This document shows positions 46,363 to 55,306 of a stretch of 64,000 nucleotides of DNA, piece by piece. Location of the stretch: the NCBI GenBank assembly GCA_965215505.1, contig OZ244065.1, positions 5,344,001 to 5,408,000 on the forward strand, read 5' to 3'. A program made the translations under genes and the position numbers. The notes beneath the pieces were generated by a model. The model was not told the origin of the DNA. It saw nothing but the letters and a program-made list of their open reading frames with translations, and did no database searches. Source of the DNA: Capsulimonadaceae bacterium (lineage in GTDB: Bacteria; Armatimonadota; Armatimonadia; Armatimonadales; Capsulimonadaceae). How positions within the stretch are numbered: the first letter of the stretch is position 1; each line of letters opens with the position of its first letter.

Positions 46363-47244
46363 ATGCCCCTGAACCATAGCCGACAAAAGCGCGGTTTTAC
46401 CCTGATCGAGCTGCTCGTCGTCATCGCTATCATCGCGATTCTCGCCGCCATCCTGTTCCCCGTCTTCCAAAAAGTCCGCGAGAACGCCCGCCGCACCCAG
46501 GGCCTGTCCAACGCGAAGCAGCTCGGCCTGGGTATCATCCAGTACGTTCAAGACACCGACGAGAAGCTGCCCCTGGCCGGACACACGGAGAGCGAAAGCA
46601 ACCCAAACTGCGAACTGGCGGAATGGCAGAACGCCATCTATCCATTCGTTAAAAGCGACGCCGTCTATAAGGACCCCGATGACACGGTGCCCGCAGGGGG
46701 TGCCAACCAGTCACAGACTGACATCGGGCAAGGACTCGGGAAGATCAGCGCTTCCAGCTTCATCATGGGCTACTATGAGACGAACGCCCCCAGCGTTGGC
46801 GGCATCCGCTCATCTCATGGCTTGAATGACTTCACCGCGCCGGCACAGTTCATCCTGTTGCGGGAGGGTGCGCGGGGCGTCTTCGGCGGCGCGTCGCGCG
46901 GGACCAATGTCCCTGACCACAATGGCAACCTGAGCACGAGCTGGCTGGCCACATATGCCGAATCAGTGCCGAACGACGCGGAGGTCCTGACCAATCCTTG
47001 CAACATCGGCGTTTACAGTGCGGCTGGGGTTCCGTTTCACAAGGATGGGGAGATCATGCTTTTCCTGGACGGCCATGTGAAGTTCTACCCGATGAACCCT
47101 CAAGGTCCCGTCGGCTACTTGAACGGCAACCTGCCCGCCTGCAAGTACACGCTGCCCAACGCAGACGATCCTTCATGCAGCCTGACTACGCCGCCCGCGG
47201 ATGGTTCTGTCAGCGTCTGGCAGGACGTAGACTGTGGACGGTAA
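46363..47244 (+). CDS. DUF1559-type prepilin-cleavage / H-X9-DG protein
   Basis: [48 protein letters not shown]. Confidence 0.9.
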   Translation: MPLNHSRQKRGFTLIELLVVIAIIAILAAILFPVFQKVRENARRTQGLSNAKQLGLGIIQYVQDTDEKLPLAGHTESESNPNCELAEWQNAIYPFVKSDAVYKDPDDTVPAGGANQSQTDIGQGLGKISASSFIMGYYETNAPSVGGIRSSHGLNDFTAPAQFILLREGARGVFGGASRGTNVPDHNGNLSTSWLATYAESVPNDAEVLTNPCNIGVYSAAGVPFHKDGEIMLFLDGHVKFYPMNPQGPVGYLNGNLPACKYTLPNADDPSCSLTTPPADGSVSVWQDVDCGR

Positions 47245-47302
47245 GATAGATTGGGCAGTAAGCGAAGCCGCCTACTGCCCTGTTGCTTTTCGAGCAAGAG
47301 AA

Positions 47303-48331
47303 ATGCAAGCACAAGATTCATCCAATAATAAGCTGAGACGGGTGGGGTCCCGCTCTCGTATCGCTCTGCTCGCCGGGCTGCTCACGATCCTGTTTGTCGC
47401 CGGGACGCCCCGCGATGCCGAGGCGGCCCCGGCAGGCGAGCCGATGCCCACCGGCAACCTCACCCTGCATAGCCGCCATCCGGATGAGAGCTGGGCGACT
47501 CCGACGCTGGCCGGAACGCGGCTAAAGCCGCAGCCGCCGCTCGTCGCGGAAAAGGACGACCGGCCCACGTTCACGCGGGAGATGGTCTCGGTCGGCTGGC
47601 GGCCTTTTGACTCGTTCCAGGTATATGTCATCAAGCCCAAGGGCGTCGTCAGGCCCCCGGTGGCGCTGTACCTATACGACTACAAAAACAACACCCATCG
47701 GTTCCTGCAAGACGACTATTGCGAGCGCCTGACGCGCTCCGGCTGCGCCGCCGTGGGCTTTGAGTCCGCGCTGTCCGCCGACCGCTTCCAGATGCGTCCC
47801 ATGAAACAGTGGTTCGTCAGCGAGCTGCCTGAGTCTCTGGCGGACTCGGCCCATGATGTGCAGATGATTCTGAATTATCTGGGGACGCGGGGCGACCTGG
47901 ACATGGGCCGGGTCGGTATGTTCGGCCAGGGGTCGGGGGCCAGCATCGCCATCCTCGCGGCCGGTGCCGACCCGCGCATCAAGGCGCTGGACCTCCTGAA
48001 TCCCTGGGGGGACTGGCCGGTCTGGCTCCGCAAGAGCGTCGTGATTGCCGACGCTGATCGTCCGACTCTGACTCAGGCGGGGTTCACCAAGTCGGTCGCC
48101 CCGCTGGACCCGGTGGCTTGGCTGCCGCGGCTGGCGGGCCGCAAGGTCCGTCTGATCCAGGTCAAGGACGATCCCTCGACTCCCCCCGCGTGTCAGGCCG
48201 CGCTCGCCAAGGCCGCCCCGACAGGGACCCAGGTCGTCCGATACGAGGACAACATGGCCCTCTTCGGTGCGCTGGGGCAGGGCCGGCTGTTTTCCTGGCT
48301 CGGCATCCACCTCAAAGCCGCCGGGCCATGA
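47303..48331 (+). CDS. Exported alpha/beta-hydrolase-fold protein
   Basis: DVQMILNYLGTRGDLDMGRVGMFGQGSG...ADPRIKA. Confidence 0.7.
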   Translation: MQAQDSSNNKLRRVGSRSRIALLAGLLTILFVAGTPRDAEAAPAGEPMPTGNLTLHSRHPDESWATPTLAGTRLKPQPPLVAEKDDRPTFTREMVSVGWRPFDSFQVYVIKPKGVVRPPVALYLYDYKNNTHRFLQDDYCERLTRSGCAAVGFESALSADRFQMRPMKQWFVSELPESLADSAHDVQMILNYLGTRGDLDMGRVGMFGQGSGASIAILAAGADPRIKALDLLNPWGDWPVWLRKSVVIADADRPTLTQAGFTKSVAPLDPVAWLPRLAGRKVRLIQVKDDPSTPPACQAALAKAAPTGTQVVRYEDNMALFGALGQGRLFSWLGIHLKAAGP

Positions 48332-48384
48332 GCGCGGCGTCTTGAGTCTTCCTCGTCGGCTGCTTGGAAAGCAGTCCTCTCTCC

Positions 48385-48750
48385 ATGGCTGCAAAACGCA
48401 TGAAGATGAAGATGAAGAAATACCGAGGCTGGCCCGCCTTCCCTGCTTTCCTGAGCGACTACACCCAGGCCGCACTCTCCGACACGCTCGTGACCCCGCC
48501 CGTCGCCGCCGCGATCCTCGGCTACAGCAAGGTCAGCATCCGCCGCATCCTGGAACACGAGGATATCCTCGCCTGGGCCTGGTATGAGGCGGACCAATTC
48601 CACCCCTCCGAGGTCTTCGTCTCGGTCCGCAGCCTAGTCCAGTATGGGCTGAGGAAAGGCCGGCTGGGCGACTATGAGGACGAGACGCCGCTGCGCGCCG
48701 TCCTCGACAGGGAGACCTATGAGCGTCTGCGTCAGGAGGTGCGCGGCTAG
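48385..48750 (+). CDS. Hypothetical protein with possible excisionase-like HTH
   Basis: LVTPPVAAAILGYSKVSIRRIL. Confidence 0.5.
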   Translation: MAAKRMKMKMKKYRGWPAFPAFLSDYTQAALSDTLVTPPVAAAILGYSKVSIRRILEHEDILAWAWYEADQFHPSEVFVSVRSLVQYGLRKGRLGDYEDETPLRAVLDRETYERLRQEVRG

Positions 48751-48789
48751 GTCCCGCGCCCCAGGCTCCGCACCCTGCACCTTCCCAGG

Positions 48790-50541
48790 CTACGGCAGCG
48801 GCGTCACCGTCCGCTGCCAGGAGATGACGTCGTAGTGGTTGCCGGTCGTGGGGAAGAACGGCGGCGGGTGGTCCGCCAGGCGGTTGTCGTAGTGATACTG
48901 CTCGTTGTAGCCGTCGGCGATGGAGCCGTCGCCGTTGGCGACCGCGAAGTAGCCGGCGTCTCGTGTGATGACCCCGCCGATGGACGTCATGTTGCCTTTC
49001 GGGCCGCCCGTGGCGTAGCTGGGGTAGTCGAAGGTCGTGGTGGCAAAGATGCTGCCGTCGAACTCGATGTTGGAAGGGGCGTTCGGCCCGACCTGGACGT
49101 GATGCCCCAGGATGCCCAGGGTGCCCGCCTTCTGGTTGAAATTGGTATCTTGAGACTGCTGTACGTTGAGGTTCCGGGCCGTGTTGTACTTGACGGAGTC
49201 GGTAAGGGTGACGTCCTTGCTGTTGGAGAGGTCGGTGGCGATCGTCATCTGCGAGCGGCGCAGGATGTTGCCGCTGCCGTCGGTGACGTTGTCGGCCAGT
49301 GTGCCGCTGAGTGACGTGATGTTGCCGTCCGAGTAGACCATGCCGTTCGGAACCCCGGTTAGGGTCTGCGTGGTCGTGATGGGATGCCCCTGGCCGTCTA
49401 CCCCAGGCGTGCTGATCGTGGTCTGGTTCGTGTTCAGGTTGATGGTGACGGTCTGCGTGACGGTCCCCTGGGTCACCAGGATCTGCTGGTTACCGCCGCC
49501 GTCCAGTTGCAGCGTCATGCTGCTGTCGCCGTGAATAGAGATGCCGCCGGTGATCCTCCCGTTGTTCTGGTTGAAGCCCGACGTCGTGTTGATGCTGACG
49601 CCCGCCGTCGTGGGCGCGTTCGGGTCCGACGAGGAGGCATTATTGGGGACTATGTCGCCCAAGGCGGCATACTGCTGCTGGTAGCTCGTGGTCGGCAGCG
49701 GGATGGCCGGCGAATTGGGGATTTTGTTGCCGTTACTGTCCAGGATGTAGTTGCCGCTGGCGTCCTTCTGGAAGCCCGTCGTCATGGTGGCCGCACCGCC
49801 CGCCGCGACGCTGCTATAGTCCGAAGCGCTCGAAGGTGCGCCGACGACCCCGATGGTGTTTTTCCACCAGGTCACGTCGTCGGAGACCGAGAACGCATCC
49901 GAGCCGGTGTAGGTAAAGATGGGGGCGTCCGTCGGGTTGCGCCACAGGAACGTACTCTGGCCCGTATTGCCGTTGACTCCGTCGTTGAAGTGGACCGGCC
50001 CCTCGAAGTGGTTGTTGTAGTCCCAGAAGCCGCCGCCGTCATTGACCGCGAAGTAGGCGTACTTGCCGAAGCTGGTCTGCTGGACATACGTCCGCAGCGT
50101 CTGCGTCGCGCCGCTGGGCATGGTGGCGGTGGCCTCGATCAGATAGTGCTTCTGCACCGACTGCGTGTTGGTGTTGTCCGCATCTATGGTGACTTTGAGC
50201 GTCGCCCCGGCCTCAGAGGGCAGGTCGAACGGGTCGGCGATCGTCCCCGTCGTCCCGAAGAAGGTGCCCCCACTGAAGCTGAGGGCGGAGGGGTCCGGCG
50301 GCGCAGGCTGCTGGGCCAGCCACGCCCGGCCCAGGTCCAGGCCCGAGTCGGCCATGTTGAACGCCTCGGTCATGTCCGTGCGTTTCTGCGCCGACGCGAT
50401 GGTGGTGCCGACCAGGCTCATCAGGCCCGCCGCCGTGATGGTGAGCGCGAAGAGCAGTATCACCGTCGTGATCAGGGCGATGCCGCGCCGGGCGCGCGCC
50501 CGGCGGGCATACCGGTCCGTACAGGTTGGAATAGGGCGCAT
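48790..50541 (-). CDS. PilX-like minor pilin with large C-terminal domain (DUF4900-like)
   Basis: RRG/IALITT lacking E5, AFNMADSG, FEGPVHFN, YHYDNRL...PPPFFP. Confidence 0.8.
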   Translation of the reverse strand: MRPIPTCTDRYARRARARRGIALITTVILLFALTITAAGLMSLVGTTIASAQKRTDMTEAFNMADSGLDLGRAWLAQQPAPPDPSALSFSGGTFFGTTGTIADPFDLPSEAGATLKVTIDADNTNTQSVQKHYLIEATATMPSGATQTLRTYVQQTSFGKYAYFAVNDGGGFWDYNNHFEGPVHFNDGVNGNTGQSTFLWRNPTDAPIFTYTGSDAFSVSDDVTWWKNTIGVVGAPSSASDYSSVAAGGAATMTTGFQKDASGNYILDSNGNKIPNSPAIPLPTTSYQQQYAALGDIVPNNASSSDPNAPTTAGVSINTTSGFNQNNGRITGGISIHGDSSMTLQLDGGGNQQILVTQGTVTQTVTINLNTNQTTISTPGVDGQGHPITTTQTLTGVPNGMVYSDGNITSLSGTLADNVTDGSGNILRRSQMTIATDLSNSKDVTLTDSVKYNTARNLNVQQSQDTNFNQKAGTLGILGHHVQVGPNAPSNIEFDGSIFATTTFDYPSYATGGPKGNMTSIGGVITRDAGYFAVANGDGSIADGYNEQYHYDNRLADHPPPFFPTTGNHYDVISWQRTVTPLP

Positions 50542-50545
50542 GGTG

Positions 50546-51370
50546 TTAGCCTCCAAAATAGAACCGCTTGCCATTCGCCCCGCCTGCGGCGGCCGGCGTC
50601 GGGCTATGGTCCCGCAAATAGACGCAGTCACCGGTCAGGGCGGTCGCGCCCCCGGTGGCCGAGTCGGACGAGGTCGTGCCGTGGACCGGGTCGTACTGGC
50701 CGCTGATGATCTTGATCTCCGCCTCGTTCGCGATCGGCGTGACTCCGTCCGCCTGCATCGGGACGATGAACTGCACCGCATCCGCCGTCGGCGCGATCGT
50801 CTTGATGACCGGGCCGGGCGTGATGGCCGCGCCGTTCTCCGTCCCCGTCACCCACAGGCAGTTGCCCGCCGTCGGATCGGGCGTGCCGTTCGCCCCGTTC
50901 GACTGATTCCAGTCGGCGCGGTAGAAGCTGACCGTCGCCGTACTCGGACTGCCGATCTTGTAGGGCACGTTGGCCCCGGTCAGAGGGCCTTTGCTGACGT
51001 TCGCGCCGGTCGTGTAATAGATGCTCCCGTTGGTGGAGAGCGGGGAGATGTACGGCGTGGGGCTGGTGATCGTGATGCCGGTGACGACCGTGTGGCCGTT
51101 CTTGTCCACGGCGTCATGCGTGGCGTCGTCGAGCAGCGTGAAGTGATCGGCCTCGCGCATGTCCGCCGTGATTCGCTGCACCGCGTTGGAGGCGTCGGCG
51201 GACGAGAGGGACGCGCCGACCACACTTCCGGTCAGGCGGAGCATCAGGATGAACACGCCGACCGCGCCGCCCAGCAGCAGGGTCAGAATGCCCAGGCTTA
51301 ACATCAGTTCGGGCAGGGTGTTGCCGCGCCGCGCGCGGCGTCTTCGGGTTCGGTCGTGCATGGGCGGCAT
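50546..51370 (-). CDS. PilW-like minor pilin
   Basis: RRG/NTLPELM plus hydrophobic helix; ITADMREA. Confidence 0.75.
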   Translation of the reverse strand: MPPMHDRTRRRRARRGNTLPELMLSLGILTLLLGGAVGVFILMLRLTGSVVGASLSSADASNAVQRITADMREADHFTLLDDATHDAVDKNGHTVVTGITITSPTPYISPLSTNGSIYYTTGANVSKGPLTGANVPYKIGSPSTATVSFYRADWNQSNGANGTPDPTAGNCLWVTGTENGAAITPGPVIKTIAPTADAVQFIVPMQADGVTPIANEAEIKIISGQYDPVHGTTSSDSATGGATALTGDCVYLRDHSPTPAAAGGANGKRFYFGG

Positions 51371-51423
51371 CCTTTTCCGGGAGGCGAAGTAAAGGCCGGG
51401 AGTGAGAATTCAGAGGCTAAAGG

Positions 51424-52011
51424 TCATACGGGGGCCATCGCCGTGTGCGTCGTGAGCGTCCCGTTCCCCTGGTTCGGCCCGGCCCAGGTGATCGTGACGG
51501 TGACGCTTTTCAGCAGTGTGGCGGGCACGGAGACGTTCGTGCCGTTGTTGGGGGTCGTCAGGTCGTGATAATCCCCGACCGAAAGGACGCCCGTACTGCC
51601 CGCCGGGAAGAAGCCGGGGTAGGCGATGCCGCCCTTGGTGTTGTCCACCAGGTTGTCGGTCAGGGTGAACGGGTAGGAGACCGTGCCGGCGGGCAGGCCC
51701 GCCGGATTGGGGACGACGATGGCCGTCCCGTTGTTGGTATCAATCACGCCCTGTCCCGCCAGCGTCGCCGCGTCCAGCTTGGCCGCCCCGAGGTTCCGGA
51801 GCTGGTCTATCTTGTGCTGCGCCAGGAAAGACGCTTCGGCATAACTGCCGCCGACATGGCTGGCGCGGTTGGCCACCGGGAAGACCGCGCCGAGCAGAAC
51901 GAGGATCATTCCGAAGACGAACATCGCGATCGCAAGCTCCACCAGCGTGAAGCCCGCGCGGCGGGGTGAGGAGCGGCGGAAGGGACGGCGCATGGCGTAC
52001 TGGGTGGGCAT
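51424..52011 (-). CDS. PilV-like minor pilin
   Basis: AG/FTLVELAI, LAQHKIDQLR, KSVTVTITW. Confidence 0.8.
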   Translation of the reverse strand: MPTQYAMRRPFRRSSPRRAGFTLVELAIAMFVFGMILVLLGAVFPVANRASHVGGSYAEASFLAQHKIDQLRNLGAAKLDAATLAGQGVIDTNNGTAIVVPNPAGLPAGTVSYPFTLTDNLVDNTKGGIAYPGFFPAGSTGVLSVGDYHDLTTPNNGTNVSVPATLLKSVTVTITWAGPNQGNGTLTTHTAMAPV

Positions 52012-52021
52012 GATAGTGTCA

Positions 52022-52047
52022 TTGTCGGCGGGGGCGGGCGGCTTTTA
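52022..52047 (-). promoter_or_regulatory. sigma28-like promoter for the pilV/W/X-like genes
   Basis: TAAA-N14-GCCGACAA. Confidence 0.55.
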
Positions 52048-52069
52048 TAGGGCCTGGTTCCCCGCAGGG

Positions 52070-52540
52070 CTAATACCCGTGGAACCACTTGCCCCCGGTT
52101 TGGTAGTCCGCCCCCCCCGGAGGGCCGGTGGCGACGCTGCACGTCGGGGCGGCGGTGACGCCTCCCAGTGTGTAGACGCCGCCGGAGGGGCAGACCGGGG
52201 CGGACCGGATGTAGTTCTGGCTGCCGCCCGCCTGGGTCAGTTGGTACATCCCGTCCGGCCCGGCGACCGTCGGCGTGACCCCGTCCACGCTGAACGCCGC
52301 CGCCGAGGAGGCGGCCAGCTTGTTGTCCATGGCGCACTGGGTCTTGGCACTGTTGATCTGGTATAGGTTGGCGACACAGGCTCTGGCGCGGGACGACTCG
52401 CGGGCGCTGACTAAGTACGGGACCGAGATCGCCAGCAGAATGCCGATGAGCAGGACGACCACCATGATCTCGACCAGTGTGAAGCCGTGCCGCCGCTCCT
52501 GACGGGGCTTTGTTTGAACAGACCTTGTCTGGTGTGTCAT
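52070..52540 (-). CDS. Type IV pilin paralogue 2
   Basis: HG/FTLVEIMVVVLLIG; ACVANL, PVCPSGG, PTCSV, KWFHG. Confidence 0.88.
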   Translation of the reverse strand: MTHQTRSVQTKPRQERRHGFTLVEIMVVVLLIGILLAISVPYLVSARESSRARACVANLYQINSAKTQCAMDNKLAASSAAAFSVDGVTPTVAGPDGMYQLTQAGGSQNYIRSAPVCPSGGVYTLGGVTAAPTCSVATGPPGGADYQTGGKWFHGY

Positions 52541-54552
52541 CGGAAATCCTTTTCTGCCGCCGGCGCACCGGGGACGCCCGACCCGTTGCGCGCGGATAAA
52601 GCGTGCGCCCCCCGGTGTCCGGCCTGCGCGCAGCGCTGGAGGCCCTGCGTCGCCGCATCGCAGGTGAATAGCGATAACACGTCAGTGTAGGACGCCGCCG
52701 CGACATCATAATCGCCGCCGTCATATGCCAGGTTTGCCCGCACCAGGGCACCGTTGCCGTAGTTGAGCGCCAGCAGCGCCAGATACCGGTCGCGCTGCAA
52801 ATCGCCGCCGAAGACGCCGCGCAGCGAGTAGGAGCGCCAGAGCCGCTCCGTCTCGGCGCGCAGGGTCGGCGCGGCAGGCTTGTGACCCTGCGGGAAGACC
52901 CGCGTGACCAGGCCGACGGTGGCCGTCGCGTAGTGACGGTCCAGATAGACGTCCATCCGTATCCGGTCGCCGCCATCGTCGTGGAACAACGGCGAGTTAT
53001 ACAGGATGGGCGTGCCGGCGGGGGACAGGACGCAGACGGGGACCCGGCGGGCGACGGCGTCCCGGATCACGCGGCGCAGTGGATCTTCCGCCAGCGCCTG
53101 CATCGCCTCGATGCCCTGGGGGGGATACAGCCTGGTCATGGGCGGATAGCGCCGCTTCAGGTCGTGGAGATACCAGGCGTTCGCGAAGGCCTGGTAGCGC
53201 GGGTCATAGATGACGCTCAACATGCCGCGCCGGATCAGGGTGACATCGGGGCGCCGCCCTTCCACCAGTTGAAGATAGATCACCCCGAAGGCGGCCGTGT
53301 CGTCGCCGCTCTCGATCAGCAGGCCGTGCGGTGGGACGGAGGCCAGCAGGTTGCGGGCGTAGTCATAGCAGGTCCAGTTTCCGCGGAGGCTGACGGCACC
53401 GTGCGCCGCGGCCTGAATGGGGACGAGTGCCAGAGTACACAGCGCCCCGAACGCCGCATAGGCGGGGCGCTTGGCGGGTTCCACGCGCGGCTCCAACACT
53501 TGCCACAGCCCGAGCAGGCAGCGCGCGGCGCAGAGGCTCATCGCGACATAACACGGGATGAAGTAGATGTAGGCGTTGTAGATGCTGTAGTTGATGGCGA
53601 AGACCACGTCGGCGAAGACGATCCAGGTCAGCAGCAGTGCAAGGGGGCGCTCGGCACGCCCTCTCCAAAGCAGCCCCAGCCCCAATACACATAGGGCGAC
53701 CAGCGGCCAAGGGAATTGCAGCGGCATGTTCTCGACCCACGACAGGAAATGCTGCTTGATCCAGGATGGCGGATCATGGAACATCCCCGCCGAGAAAATG
53801 CGGCCCGACACATGGTAGTAAAAGGCGAAAGGCGTCTCGGTGTCGCCCCAATTGTAGGCCGGGTGCGTCCGGGCGCGCAGCGGCAGGTACAAATAGGTCA
53901 GCAGCGGTAAGGCGCCCAGCCCCAGCGTCTTCGCCCATTCTTTGCGGACCTCCGGGCCTTTCCACCGCCTCAGCGCCGGCGCGGACCACAGCACGAAGGC
54001 GATGAAGCCCGGCAGGAAGAGTGTGTTGGTCTGGTGCGAGGTCAGCGTGAACCCGTAGGCCACCGCCAGCAGCCGTAGGTCGGCGGGGCGGCAGCCCCGC
54101 GCCCGCCAGCGCGTCGCGAGGAACAGGAGGAGGCAGGTGAAAAACGCCGCCAGCGTATAGGTCTCGGTGATCAGACACTGCTGCCAGAAAGTGGAACTGA
54201 AAGCCAGCAGCCCGCCCGCCGTCAAGGCGAGGGGCCGGGGCAGCCCGGTCGCGCGGGCACACCCGTAGAGACAGGCGACTGCGAGCGATCCAAGGACGGC
54301 GCTCAGGACGTTCAAGCGCCAGACGAGGCTGCCCACCGGCAGCAGCAGCGTCCACGCCTTGCCCAGCAGGCAGTAAAGCGGGTAGCCGGTCGGGTGGGGG
54401 ACCCCCAGTGTCACGGCCACCGTAGCCAGCTCGCCGCAGTCGCCCCAGTACAGGGTCGGGCAGAGAGTCCACAGGTAAACGCTAAACACGGCGGCGGCCA
54501 GGGCGAGCGCCAGCAGGGTGTCCATGTGTCGTCGGAGCAAAGGATGGTTCAT
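52537..54552 (-). CDS. DUF2723 GT-C membrane glycosyltransferase (protein O-mannosyltransferase-like)
   Basis: WGDCGEL, LGVPHPTGYPLY, ETY, NWG, GDD; multiple TM segments. Confidence 0.85.
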   Translation of the reverse strand: MNHPLLRRHMDTLLALALAAAVFSVYLWTLCPTLYWGDCGELATVAVTLGVPHPTGYPLYCLLGKAWTLLLPVGSLVWRLNVLSAVLGSLAVACLYGCARATGLPRPLALTAGGLLAFSSTFWQQCLITETYTLAAFFTCLLLFLATRWRARGCRPADLRLLAVAYGFTLTSHQTNTLFLPGFIAFVLWSAPALRRWKGPEVRKEWAKTLGLGALPLLTYLYLPLRARTHPAYNWGDTETPFAFYYHVSGRIFSAGMFHDPPSWIKQHFLSWVENMPLQFPWPLVALCVLGLGLLWRGRAERPLALLLTWIVFADVVFAINYSIYNAYIYFIPCYVAMSLCAARCLLGLWQVLEPRVEPAKRPAYAAFGALCTLALVPIQAAAHGAVSLRGNWTCYDYARNLLASVPPHGLLIESGDDTAAFGVIYLQLVEGRRPDVTLIRRGMLSVIYDPRYQAFANAWYLHDLKRRYPPMTRLYPPQGIEAMQALAEDPLRRVIRDAVARRVPVCVLSPAGTPILYNSPLFHDDGGDRIRMDVYLDRHYATATVGLVTRVFPQGHKPAAPTLRAETERLWRSYSLRGVFGGDLQRDRYLALLALNYGNGALVRANLAYDGGDYDVAAASYTDVLSLFTCDAATQGLQRCAQAGHRGAHALSARNGSGVPGAPAAEKDFR

Positions 54553-54594
54553 ACGGCCTCGCGCTTGCACGGCAATAATGCCGGGATGCCGTTA

Positions 54595-54621
54595 TTATCG
54601 GCAAAAGGCGGCGAGACTTGA
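54595..54621 (-). promoter_or_regulatory. sigma28-like promoter for DUF2723 and pilin 2
   Basis: TCAA-N15-GCCGATAA, just downstream of the major-pilin terminator. Confidence 0.7.
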
Positions 54622-54634
54622 GGGCGGGCGCGGC

Positions 54635-54663
54635 AAAAAGCGGGGGCGCGTCTGCGCCCCCGC
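54635..54663 (-). terminator. Intrinsic terminator of the major pilin gene
   Basis: GCGGGGGCGC-agac-GCGCCCCCGC-TTTTT on the minus strand. Confidence 0.8.
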
Positions 54664-54707
54664 TGGAAGGATAGTTCGGACTCAGGCCGTCCTGAGAGGT
54701 CTCCTGC

Positions 54708-55139
54708 CTAGTTCGTCAGGCCGTGGAACCACTTGGCACCCGACTCATAGCCGCTGCCCGCAGTGCCGGTGACCGAGCAGGTCGGGAGCGCGGAGACGAG
54801 GCCGGGGGTGTAGGTGCCGGCGGACGGGCAGACCGGGGTCGCGCGGACATAGCCGCCCGCCCCGACCAGCTGGAAGAGAGTTGCGGTGCTGGCGGTCGTG
54901 CCGTCAATGCTGAAGGTGGCGGTGGATGTGCCGGAGAGCTTGTTGTCCATGGCCGACTGCTGCTTCGCACTGTCGATCTGCTTGAGGTTGCCGACGCAGG
55001 ATTTGGCGCGGGCCGATTCACGGGCGGCGACGAAGTTAGGGATCGCGATCGCCAGCAGGATGCCGATGATCAGGACGACGATCATGATTTCGACCAGCGT
55101 AAAGCCGGCCTTCTGATTCTTCGGGCGGAAAAACTTCAT
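54708..55139 (-). CDS. Probable major type IV pilin
   Basis: KAG/FTLVEIMIVVLIIG; SD AGGAG; own promoter and terminator. Confidence 0.88.
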   Translation of the reverse strand: MKFFRPKNQKAGFTLVEIMIVVLIIGILLAIAIPNFVAARESARAKSCVGNLKQIDSAKQQSAMDNKLSGTSTATFSIDGTTASTATLFQLVGAGGYVRATPVCPSAGTYTPGLVSALPTCSVTGTAGSGYESGAKWFHGLTN

Positions 55140-55246
55140 ACGAAACTCCTTTTTCGGAAACGAGCGATGTTGATTCGGACTGTTGATTTGGAGTGCGGCC
55201 CCGCGCCTGCTTGGTGTTGCGGGTGCCTCCTCGGGTGACAGTTCTA

Positions 55247-55274
55247 GTATCGGGGCGTCCGGTGCGCCTCTTTA
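55247..55274 (-). promoter_or_regulatory. sigma28-like promoter for the major pilin
   Basis: TAAA-N16-CCCGATAC. Confidence 0.6.
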
Positions 55275-55306
55275 GGGCGCGGCGGACTAAAGTTATACGG
55301 GGATAT

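Noticed and set aside
49384-51301. Long plus-strand ORFs over the pilX/pilW-like genes
   Set aside because: Shadow frames, Arg/Gly-rich, no recognisable motifs
52111-52118. G8 tract in pilin 2 as a phase-variable switch
   Set aside because: Short for a high-GC genome and would alter only the last ~14 residues; needs read-level evidence
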